This document shows, one piece after another, positions 43,401-51,150 of a stretch of 64,000 bases of DNA (the first letter of the stretch is position 1; each line of letters begins with the position of its first letter). The stretch is from Fibrobacterales bacterium (GTDB lineage Bacteria; Fibrobacterota; Fibrobacteria; Fibrobacterales; JAOPTW01), in NCBI GenBank assembly GCA_051532055.1, contig JAOPTX010000034.1:39747-103746 (forward strand), in the 5' to 3' direction. Under the pieces are notes generated by a model. It was not told the DNA's origin. It did not search any database and saw only the letters and a list, made by a program, of their open reading frames with translations. Position numbers and translations under genes: made by a program.

Positions 43401-43631
43401 TGGAATATCGTCTATCCACTTCAAGCAAAGCTTGGCGTCAGTTATGGACTCTCTCGTATCGCACTCTTTGATTTCACGAAATCCTCATCTATTGGCGCAC
43501 GTATCTATTACCGAACTATACAATATGCTGATGATGCAACACAATTTTCAGATTCAGAAATACTTGATAGGATACATACCGTACTCAATTATGAACTTGA
43601 ACTCCGCACCTTCATAACCATAAATATTTAG
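40464..43631 (+). CDS. GH-A clan (GH2-TIM-barrel-like) domain, apparently non-catalytic, fused to a probable outer-membrane beta-barrel
   Basis: Signal peptide; PVGVNYNYDLW, HPVTLVNGD, DIYGVN, PRPAFYVMKEAW; C-terminal ~620 aa of amphipathic strands including GHTHWGHFGDLFNLYTEA and DDWGPYDY. Confidence 0.72.
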   Translation: MISHIARTTIMCIAITLLLSHTIFARANTITVHQDSLGFKIQVDQRDLFINAIRWSHKPVGVNYNYDLWAKSDNYIRKVLTHDMRLLQESGATAIVTSPGIPSKWVTYVYKKFKIMTIVHWEMGRWGMTYNSTWNANPDFESLLVQNILTKEITTIIEEYKDTQGFLSYAIGSSHNWGWGWSNPRIDKLSQDAAQAAKAEVIYGLFGTFTNLIKLNDTHHPVTLVNGDVAFTDYIERLCPTIDIYGVNSTRGAISGGIFDQFKNEMPTKPFLYFTLGGNGAWDDKLKSENPLKQAKIVKSQLHELYTETYGKKTGVAVGAVMGWQDDWSMDPTNWQQWELDIHNNHMMEWQGLVAIAPSDDEDPRPLIPRPAFYVMKEAWTRLNPYSETTTETSIDQLFDGMREEMYLALYDVKRVEYELKESNKVQMNHMNISLASVGYTNNKRADSTGHFTSSMRFDTEESVTFGFKGIVGSQLTANAQLKYTGNVSEFKLDQFDYNTLNKPMKFEMMDTVDYEPAMLNNAEIPRQSLRLYRASFNYSGDYIDIDGYYRQGHTHWGHFGDLFNLYTEAYDYPTFDQWDMTVPYGLEITGKKFLKGMRVAIGPKPVDGGNPAIYALYQKTIGDLKVSPMLKIDLGQLEETGRGASTFRTSQFTVSAEQNTSNLTFKAGAMISDLSLSLLSKKYQLNEKIGKKYETQKGYTVGSGFDSETIPPDSVTLTTLDGLGGKVEVMGDYGQTKFLALGQYMGPIAYSGWDREHKFADWTMKDIGGTNKILGTFGFSHDIGSFRISPNFMYQKPVVDPLERAEYESVYDGFPVNTDPTTPKEDRYTPSPVLVQNPKTIGGELIVTYDPTPNTQLWFYDSDNQEDAELAAHLHLEYRKLGRTDRITYVNKRGYTVSFAEGQSPYDKFGTKLRLIFNPSPLFKIIARGYYDIKRGPNGQMKATINAFGGSFDLAYFQWRVSSEIKIDDWGPYDYMDEWNIVYPLQAKLGVSYGLSRIALFDFTKSSSIGARIYYRTIQYADDATQFSDSEILDRIHTVLNYELELRTFITINI

Positions 43632-43638
43632 GAACATC

Positions 43639-44511
43639 ATGATAAAAAGAACCCTATTCTTAGCATCATGGAGCCTTATACTCATAACCTGTGCCCCCAA
43701 TAATGATTTAACACTTGGGGCAGTAAGTGACGATATTGCGGATATTGGTTCAGAATGGGAACTTATCTGGACTGATGATTTTGAAGACCCTTCACTCGAC
43801 ACCGACAAGTGGAAAATAAAAACGGGCAACGGTGAATGGGGCTGGGGGAACGGCGAACTCCAAAACTATCGAGAAGAGAATCTCTCTTTTCGTGATGGAG
43901 CTCTCGTGATTACTGCCAAAAAAGAACGTATCGGTATGTGCCATAATGGTTCCTGTAACTACACTTCAGCTAAAATTGAAACGTCTGACAAATTTTCTTT
44001 TAAATATGGCAAGATCGAAGCTCGTATGAAGTTACCACCAGGCCAAGCTATGTGGCCCGCCTTTTGGCTCATAGGTGATAATATCAGTTCATGGCGATGG
44101 CCCAAATGTGGTGAAATCGACATTATGGAATTTAAAGGACGCCTCCCTACAGTCACTCAAGGAACCATACACTGGGGAGATGACTCAGACCACAAAATAT
44201 CTATCGGGCATGATGCAAATGCAAATATCGATCTCACCGAAGACTTCCATGTGTATGGTCTCATATGGGAAGAATCTAAATTTACTTTTACTTTAGATGG
44301 CACAAGTTTTGGTACTGTAGCAATTAGTGGCAGCAACACTACTGATGTAATGAACCCCTTTGGCAGTGACTCACGAAATGACGATCAAGAATTTTTCATA
44401 ATATTAAACCTTGCTGTTGGAGGAATATTTGATGAGTGGATTGAACCAGAACAAAGCTTTAGCACCAGTGAATTTTTAATAGATTGGGTCCGAGTTTCCC
44501 AATTAAAATAG
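43639..44511 (+). CDS. GH16 laminarinase-type endo-beta-1,3-glucanase, probable lipoprotein
   Basis: GWGNGELQNY, YTSAKI, YGKIEAR, MWPAFW, catalytic EIDIME, ILNLAVGG; signal peptide ending LILIT-C. Confidence 0.92.
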   Translation: MIKRTLFLASWSLILITCAPNNDLTLGAVSDDIADIGSEWELIWTDDFEDPSLDTDKWKIKTGNGEWGWGNGELQNYREENLSFRDGALVITAKKERIGMCHNGSCNYTSAKIETSDKFSFKYGKIEARMKLPPGQAMWPAFWLIGDNISSWRWPKCGEIDIMEFKGRLPTVTQGTIHWGDDSDHKISIGHDANANIDLTEDFHVYGLIWEESKFTFTLDGTSFGTVAISGSNTTDVMNPFGSDSRNDDQEFFIILNLAVGGIFDEWIEPEQSFSTSEFLIDWVRVSQLK

Positions 44512-44641
44512 CCCAAATAACCTTACATATAAACGAAATTAGAACAATAAACAGAAAACAAATGAGCAATTAACTAAACAAAGTATACCCACCAATATGA
44601 TGAGGGTATATTTAACACAAACATACATAATGGGGATCGAC

Positions 44642-45289
44642 ATGAAGAAGCTAATAACGATATCGATTGTAGCGCTATTTACAATAATCGGATGTGCTGC
44701 AGAAACAATAACACCAACTGAGAATGGCAGTTCTGATGACGCAAGTCAAAGTTCTGATGAAGGTTCTGAGATTGCTGATGATGCATTTATAATTTTTAAT
44801 GAAACAATGTCTGAGGGATATGACCTTGGTGCATTCCCCGCTAAAGGCCCCACGATTGATGGGGAAAATGAAGTCCTTTCTATGATCTTTGAAAAAGGAC
44901 AATCGGTTTGGATATTTCCAGATGAAGAGTTTGTAGATATCTCAGAACATTCATCAATGAAATTCACATACACCTCTGATGAAGTATTTTCTGTTCGTGT
45001 TATGTGGGGTGAATTACCTGATGGCCACAATTCTGAAGGGGCTCCTTACTGGGAAGGTAACTATGATGATAAAGAGGGCGGATTTATTATTGCAGACTCA
45101 ATCTCTGCTTCAAGTTCACCAAAAGATTTTAGCATAGATTTTGACGACATGCTTGACCCCGCACATCAGTTTCATGTTGAAGAAAGTGACTTTGAAGGCG
45201 ACAAATCTAATGACCTTTCAAAAGTGCATCAGATTGTTTTTCTCTCAGAAAACAGCACTCTTCTTATCAATAAACTGAGATTCGAATAG
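44642..45289 (+). CDS. Acidic lipoprotein with putative carbohydrate-binding beta-sandwich
   Basis: MKKL..IIG-C lipobox, Ser/Asp linker, VDISEHSSMKF..FSIDFDDM..DLSKVHQIVF..INKLRFE. Confidence 0.7.
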   Translation: MKKLITISIVALFTIIGCAAETITPTENGSSDDASQSSDEGSEIADDAFIIFNETMSEGYDLGAFPAKGPTIDGENEVLSMIFEKGQSVWIFPDEEFVDISEHSSMKFTYTSDEVFSVRVMWGELPDGHNSEGAPYWEGNYDDKEGGFIIADSISASSSPKDFSIDFDDMLDPAHQFHVEESDFEGDKSNDLSKVHQIVFLSENSTLLINKLRFE

Positions 45290-45341
45290 CACTCAGTAAC
45301 TATTTATAGGCCTGTAGTGATACAGACCTTTATTATATACC

Positions 45342-45376
45342 CAAAGAAGGAGTGTCACAATGGCACTCCTTCTTTG
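45342..45376. terminator. Bidirectional terminator
   Basis: CAAAGAAGGAGTGTCA-caa-TGGCACTCCTTCTTTG between convergent operons. Confidence 0.85.
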
Positions 45377-45396
45377 TTCAATACTATAATGAATCG

Positions 45397-47256
45397 TTAT
45401 AGTACATCTGTTCCCCGTTCAGTATAATGGGTATGGAGTAATGAGTGGGCCTTATGCCCCAAAATACCATCAGTGAGAAACTCCGCATATATTCTATGTA
45501 CAGCAGGATTCTCATGTGACTTACGTATTGCATACGATTCATCTTCTGCATAGATCGCTTTCATACGCTCCTTCCGAACAGCTTCAGTCGTTGGAATTGG
45601 CTGACCACCTCCTCCAATACACCCTCCAGGGCAAGCCATGAACTCAATAAAGTGACACTCACTAAACTTACCACCCTCTTTAATATCCTCCAACACCTTT
45701 TTAGCATTGGCAGTACCATGAGCAATAGCCACTTTAAGAGTCGCCCCTTTGAGCCAGTCCCAGTTATCAAGATACTGATTTAGAATATCAGGTACTGGTC
45801 CTACTGTTGCAATAGGGAGCTCCACATACTTGATCCCTTCAAAACCTCTCAGTGGAACAATGTTTGTCTTTTCAAAAAGGTCTTCAATTTTTTCACCCGT
45901 AACCAGTTCGTACACCGTTCTGATTGCGGCTTCCATCACACCACCTGTCGTACCAAATATCACACCAGACCCTGTCGCATCACCAAATGGATCATCAAAA
46001 TCAGATTTTTCCTCATCAGGAAGGTGGATACCATGCTCTTTAATCATCTTGCCCATTTCGCGGGTAGTAAGTACATAGTCAACATCTTTGTGACCACTAT
46101 CGTTCATCTCAGGCCTATCACACTCATATTTCTTTGCAGAACAAGGCATAAGTGAAACTGATACAATCTCCTCTGGCTTAAGATTATTACATTCAGCAAA
46201 ATAGGTCTTCATCACGGTACCAAACATCTGCTGTGGTGATTTTGCTGATGAGAGATTGGGGATCATTTCAGGATAGAAGTGCTCAAGATACTTTACCCAC
46301 CCTGGTGAGCACGAGGTAAACTGTGGTAACGCCACATCATCTTTTTTTGCAACAAGTGCATTAAACAACCTCAATATCAGCTCTGTACCCTCTTCAAAAA
46401 TAGTGAGATCAGCTGAAAAGTTTGTATCAAATACTTTGTCAAACCCCATTTTCCGAATAGCAGTATTCATTTGATAGGTCATTGAAGTCCCAGGCGTTAG
46501 CCCAAAAATCTCACCTATACCTGCCCTTGGTGCAGGAGCGGTCTGAATCACCACAGTCTTACTTGGGTCGGCAATCTCATCCCACACATTTCGTTTAGCA
46601 TTCTTAACTGTCAGAGCCGCAGTCGGACACCGATTGACACATTGTCCACAATTAATACAGACGACATCATCCATAGGCATATCATTGAAAGTCCCTATAT
46701 ATGACTCTGACCCTTTATCAAATGCTTCATATGCCCCAACTTCTTGAAGGTCGACACAGGTACGAATACAACGTCTACACAGCACACACTTGTCCATATC
46801 CCGGACAATTGAGTAGGCCGTATCATCAACGACAAAATCTCGCTCTACTTTTTTACCAAAAGTGAACTCTTTGATATCATGTATATCTGCAAGCTCTCTT
46901 AATTCACAATTACCATTACGCTCACAGGCATAGCATTCCCCAACATGCTTAGATAGAAGGAGTTCAACAACATGTTTCCTAGCTTCTCGTACTTTTTGCG
47001 TCTGAGTCCGAATGGTCATCTCTTGATTAATTGGAAAAGCACATGATGCCTGCAGTGTACGCATACCTTCTATTTCAACGACACAGACCCGACATACACC
47101 ACCAAGCTCAAGGTCATCATGCTGACACAGTGTTGGGATCTTAATACCTACTTCTCGAGCAGCCATTAAGATAGTTGTCCCTGTAGGCACGCGAACTTCT
47201 TTACCATCTATGGTCACTTTTATCAGACCACCAATTTGGTTTTGTGGAGCACTCAT
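45397..47256 (-). CDS. hydA: [FeFe]-hydrogenase group A catalytic subunit (second enzyme)
   Basis: N-terminal 2Fe-2S, His-ligated 4Fe-4S and 2x4Fe-4S; H-cluster motifs FTSCSPGW, MPCSAKKYE, EFMACPGGCIGGGGQP. Confidence 0.96.
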   Translation of the reverse strand: MSAPQNQIGGLIKVTIDGKEVRVPTGTTILMAAREVGIKIPTLCQHDDLELGGVCRVCVVEIEGMRTLQASCAFPINQEMTIRTQTQKVREARKHVVELLLSKHVGECYACERNGNCELRELADIHDIKEFTFGKKVERDFVVDDTAYSIVRDMDKCVLCRRCIRTCVDLQEVGAYEAFDKGSESYIGTFNDMPMDDVVCINCGQCVNRCPTAALTVKNAKRNVWDEIADPSKTVVIQTAPAPRAGIGEIFGLTPGTSMTYQMNTAIRKMGFDKVFDTNFSADLTIFEEGTELILRLFNALVAKKDDVALPQFTSCSPGWVKYLEHFYPEMIPNLSSAKSPQQMFGTVMKTYFAECNNLKPEEIVSVSLMPCSAKKYECDRPEMNDSGHKDVDYVLTTREMGKMIKEHGIHLPDEEKSDFDDPFGDATGSGVIFGTTGGVMEAAIRTVYELVTGEKIEDLFEKTNIVPLRGFEGIKYVELPIATVGPVPDILNQYLDNWDWLKGATLKVAIAHGTANAKKVLEDIKEGGKFSECHFIEFMACPGGCIGGGGQPIPTTEAVRKERMKAIYAEDESYAIRKSHENPAVHRIYAEFLTDGILGHKAHSLLHTHYTERGTDVL

Positions 47257-48938
47257 TATTTACCCTCCTCATATCTCAATAGTTCACCTCTAAAGTGCTC
47301 TGCAATGTTCGCGAAAGCACTACTACTAGTCTGACCGAGCCCACATTTTGATGCAACAGTCATTGAATTACTGAGCTTCAATAATTCTTCTAAATACTCC
47401 TCTTCACAGTCTCCATCAACCATCTGATCGAGGCCTTCAAGTATTACCTCATTACCTTCTCGACAGGGAGTACACTGTCCACATGACTCCTCAGCAAAAA
47501 ATTCCATAAAATTAATTGCTACTTGTCTCATATCTGTTTTCTGTCCAAAAACCATTATCGAGCCTCCCGTAGGTATATCTTCAAATGCAATGGATCGGTC
47601 AAAATCCTTCGCAGGGATACACAACCCTGAAGCACCGCCCACCTGTACCGCTTTAGCATCACTACCACCGCACTCTGCCAACATCTCTTTAACCGTAATA
47701 CCATATTGATATTCATAAATTCCCGGTTTATCACAGTGCCCTGATATACTCAATATCTTTGTGCCTTTCGATTGCTCAGTACCTAGAGCGTTAAACCATT
47801 CTCCACCTTTAACAGTGATAAATGCCACACTTATAAAAGTCTCTACATTATTTACGGATGTGGGTTTACCCATAAACCCGGTATCAACAGGAAAGGGCGG
47901 ACGATTACGAGGCTCACCACGCTTTCCTTCCATAGACTCAATAAGTGCAGTCTCTTCACCACAGATGTACGCCCCTGCACCCATTCTAATTTGTAGTTCA
48001 AAATTAAATCCATCTTTTCCACAAATATCTTTACCTAAAAGATTTGCGGCTACCCGTTCAGCAATTACTTCTTCAAGCTGATCCTTCATGTAGTAATACT
48101 CTGCTCGTAGATAAATTAAACCATATCGAGCCCCAATTGCATAAGCACCAATAGTCATTCCTTCCAGTAATTCATGGGCTCGCTCAACAAGAAGCAACCG
48201 ATCTTTAAATGTCCCCGGCTCACCCTCATCTGCATTGCAAACAATATATTTTTCATTACTTTGTGCAGCGCCAGCCAGTTGCCACTTCATCGCAGTTGGG
48301 AACCCAGCCCCACCTCGCCCTCGAATACCAGAAGCCCTTATCTCTGCAATAAGGTCTGGGCGACTCATAGAGAGAGCCTTCTGTATTGCCTCCCCCTTAT
48401 CAATACTCGCCTCTAATATGGCATCTTTTTTATGAATATTAAAGGGAACATCTACAGCACCCACACCTGACGCCTCAATAATTTCCGGAACCATTGTTGT
48501 AGTCACTTTTGCATAGAGTTTTTCATTGACGAGCACTCCAGGACCTTGATCACAAAGTCCCATACAGTTTGCATATTCAAGCGTCCATTCTCCATTCTCA
48601 CTTGTTTCACCTATAGCTATCCCAAGAGCTTCTTCAAAGGCCTCAACTATTTCTGCTTTCCCTGAAAGGTCACAGGATATAGTTTGGCATATGCTCACCA
48701 CATTTTTTCCCGCCGCCTCTTGCGTTCTGAAAAATGAATAAAATGATGCGACTCCCTCTACCTCTGCTTTATGTATATCTAAAGCCGTTGCCACCTCTTG
48801 CAAAACCAAAGGAGGTAACCACCCATATTCATTCTGCATATCATGGAGTATTGGCATGAGTGCGGACCGCGCCACTCCATGCTGTCCAGAGAGTTTCTTA
48901 ACTTTTAGCTGGACTTTCATACGATCTAAATCTGGCAT
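47256..48938 (-). CDS. Fused NuoE-NuoF-like (HydC-HydB) diaphorase subunit without C-terminal ferredoxin domain
   Basis: CQTISC..CMGLC 2Fe-2S; GRGGAGFPT, NADEGEPGTFKDR, GAGAYICGEET, GGASG, SCGQCTPCREG..CGLG, then ends. Confidence 0.93.
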   Translation of the reverse strand: MPDLDRMKVQLKVKKLSGQHGVARSALMPILHDMQNEYGWLPPLVLQEVATALDIHKAEVEGVASFYSFFRTQEAAGKNVVSICQTISCDLSGKAEIVEAFEEALGIAIGETSENGEWTLEYANCMGLCDQGPGVLVNEKLYAKVTTTMVPEIIEASGVGAVDVPFNIHKKDAILEASIDKGEAIQKALSMSRPDLIAEIRASGIRGRGGAGFPTAMKWQLAGAAQSNEKYIVCNADEGEPGTFKDRLLLVERAHELLEGMTIGAYAIGARYGLIYLRAEYYYMKDQLEEVIAERVAANLLGKDICGKDGFNFELQIRMGAGAYICGEETALIESMEGKRGEPRNRPPFPVDTGFMGKPTSVNNVETFISVAFITVKGGEWFNALGTEQSKGTKILSISGHCDKPGIYEYQYGITVKEMLAECGGSDAKAVQVGGASGLCIPAKDFDRSIAFEDIPTGGSIMVFGQKTDMRQVAINFMEFFAEESCGQCTPCREGNEVILEGLDQMVDGDCEEEYLEELLKLSNSMTVASKCGLGQTSSSAFANIAEHFRGELLRYEEGK

Positions 48939-48946
48939 AAATCCCC

Positions 48947-49315
48947 CTACCCTAATAACTCTGAAACTTTTTCTATCAATGTCTCAGGCTTTGCAGGTTT
49001 ATGAATGAAAATATCACATGGAATCATCTCATCATCCCGCTCATATGAGAAACCTGTCACTTCATTTATTGAGCTCAACATAATAATTGGTTTCTTAAAA
49101 CCATTTCGCTTAAGATCCTGTACCATAGTTATACCATCATCAGGGTCAGTCATCATAACATCTTGAATCAACAGGTCAGGAGATTCCGACTCAACTGCAG
49201 CCATTCCATCTAATCTATTATGCGCCGAAACAACGGTGTGACCCTTTGCCTCAAGAGTTACTCTTATCATCTCAACCATATCGAGATCATCATCTACTAC
49301 CAATATTTTTGACAT
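48947..49315 (-). CDS. Single-domain response regulator
   Basis: VVDDD, IQDVMM, MLSS and HKP receiver motifs; GAGGAG RBS. Confidence 0.92.
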   Translation of the reverse strand: MSKILVVDDDLDMVEMIRVTLEAKGHTVVSAHNRLDGMAAVESESPDLLIQDVMMTDPDDGITMVQDLKRNGFKKPIIMLSSINEVTGFSYERDDEMIPCDIFIHKPAKPETLIEKVSELLG

Positions 49316-49373
49316 ATCTACTCCTCGCCTCATTAATCATTAGAACACAAAAATTACAACTTTGTATTTTAAT

Positions 49374-49403
49374 AATATACTCACTGTGTGAATTTGATAA
49401 CAG
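49374..49403 (-). promoter_or_regulatory. Rex-like box next to a -10 element for the receiver / hydB' / hydA' unit
   Basis: GTGTGAA-TTTG-ATAACAG (49386-49403); TATATT on the minus strand at 49374-49379. Confidence 0.6.
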
Positions 49404-49541
49404 AAAAATTCTGATTCTAAGATAACTTTACTATAAATAACTGCTCATTTAATTGAGAGTAAGCTAAAAAAAGTAAAAATGAGACTTTTTAGTAATTAAT
49501 AGGGCATTCAGGATAGTATTGAGATATGTACAGCTATATTA

Positions 49542-50669
49542 TCAATCGTCAGCATTAAATAGAGTAAGCGAGAAAGTAGTCCCCACATCCTCTGCACTCG
49601 TGACATCAATTGATCCATTATAGAGATCTGATATTTTTTGAAGTATTGAGAGACCAAGACCGCTCCCTAATACATTTTTCGTCTTTTCGTTTTTAACCCG
49701 AGAGAACTCTTTAAATAACCCTTTCAAATCTTGTTCAGACATACCAATACCACTATCTTTACAGATTATCTGCACACCATTTTCAAGCGGGCTCAAATAA
49801 AGATCAACGGTTCCACCATCTTTATTGTATTTAACTGAGTTAGTCACTAAGTTATTTAATACAATTTGCATTTCAACCGAATCTGCACGAAAGGGAAGCG
49901 CATCAGGCACATGAAGAGTTATAGTTATTTTTCTCTCACGACAATCAAGGGCAACACTATCAAGAGAGCCTTGCGCTTGTTCGACCATATCAATATCTTC
50001 AAAGGTACGCACTTTATTGCCCGATTCGAGCCGTGTCAAGTCGAGTAGATCAAGAATCATTTTACGCATGCCAGTGAGGCGTATAATTGATCGATCAATC
50101 ATAGTTTCATAGCTCGCAATATCCTCACCCACGGCACGACTCTTCATGATATCAAGATACCCTTCAACAGCAGCAAGTGGAGCTTTGAGTTCATGACCAA
50201 GCACCGAGATAAATTGAAATCTCACTTGTCGTTTTTCTTGCTCTAACTGTTTGGCCTTTCTTAGGAGAATAATACTTTTCGCGGCCTTTGTAATTCTACT
50301 CCGTAATTCTTCAGGAGTAAAAGGCTTTGAAATAAAGTCAAATGCACCATTCTTAGTTGCACTTATCGCTGCATCAATAGTTGCAAACGCAGTAGCAATT
50401 ATTGTTAACGGCTTATTTTCTAATTCATTTGCGATATGCAATACTTCTATTCCCTGAATACCAGGTAATTTATGGTCGAGAATAAGTATATCGAATGGTT
50501 GATATTTAAGTTTCTCAACGGCCTCTTCACCAGAAGCAACAGTAGTAATAGAGAAACCGACATCAGAAGATAGTTCTTTTAAAGGTAGTGTAAAATTTCG
50601 TAAAGATCTTTCGATACCAATACGCATTCCGAATTCATCATCACATACAAGAACTTGAAGATTAATCAC
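49542..50669 (-). CDS. Hybrid kinase: N-terminal receiver + HisKA + HATPase
   Basis: VCDDE, ILDHKL, SKP; GHELKAPL; NLVTNSVKYN, DSGIG, GSGLGL; GTG start. Confidence 0.93.
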   Translation of the reverse strand: MINLQVLVCDDEFGMRIGIERSLRNFTLPLKELSSDVGFSITTVASGEEAVEKLKYQPFDILILDHKLPGIQGIEVLHIANELENKPLTIIATAFATIDAAISATKNGAFDFISKPFTPEELRSRITKAAKSIILLRKAKQLEQEKRQVRFQFISVLGHELKAPLAAVEGYLDIMKSRAVGEDIASYETMIDRSIIRLTGMRKMILDLLDLTRLESGNKVRTFEDIDMVEQAQGSLDSVALDCRERKITITLHVPDALPFRADSVEMQIVLNNLVTNSVKYNKDGGTVDLYLSPLENGVQIICKDSGIGMSEQDLKGLFKEFSRVKNEKTKNVLGSGLGLSILQKISDLYNGSIDVTSAEDVGTTFSLTLFNADD

Positions 50670-50700
50670 ACACTACCTATACTAATATACTTCCAAACAA

Positions 50701-50730
50701 CTACCCAACAATGATACCATTATTGGGTAG
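50701..50730 (-). terminator. Hairpin between receiver and hybrid kinase genes (terminator or attenuator)
   Basis: Minus strand CTACCCAATAATG-gtat-CATTGTTGGGTAG followed by TTGTTT. Confidence 0.55.
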
Positions 50731-50739
50731 GATTTAAAA

Positions 50740-51135
50740 CTATTTATCTAACAATATGGTCACTTCACGAAGAAGTTGCTCTTTACGGATTTTTTTCTCG
50801 AGAAATGAGTCGACTTTGATCCATTCTTTCTCTTGACGGGTTGTTGCATCAAAATGAATGCTCGTCTCACTAGTCACTGCAGTAACCATAATTACCGGAA
50901 TCTCAGGATTAAGTTTTTTAACTCTATGTGCAAGAATAAAACCACTGTCCTTATTCTCCATCATAAGATCAAGAACTGCGAGATCAAACCCACCCTTCTC
51001 AATAACGTCCAATGCCTCAACTTCAGATGTTGCCTCAATAACGGTGTATCCTTCTGATTCGAGGTACATCCGTGCTTGAATTCTTACATCTTCATCATCA
51101 TCTACAACAAGTATGGTTGCATTTATATCTGCCAT
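50740..51135 (-). CDS. Single-domain response regulator
   Basis: VVDDD, VLDLMM, MVTAV, LEKK. Confidence 0.92.
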   Translation of the reverse strand: MADINATILVVDDDEDVRIQARMYLESEGYTVIEATSEVEALDVIEKGGFDLAVLDLMMENKDSGFILAHRVKKLNPEIPVIMVTAVTSETSIHFDATTRQEKEWIKVDSFLEKKIRKEQLLREVTILLDK

Positions 51136-51150
51136 GGTTTCTCCATCTAT

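Noticed and set aside
40464..43631. Pseudogene reading of the GH-like gene
   Set aside because: The 1055-aa frame is intact with a signal peptide and conserved structural motifs; the apparent losses are at catalytic positions.
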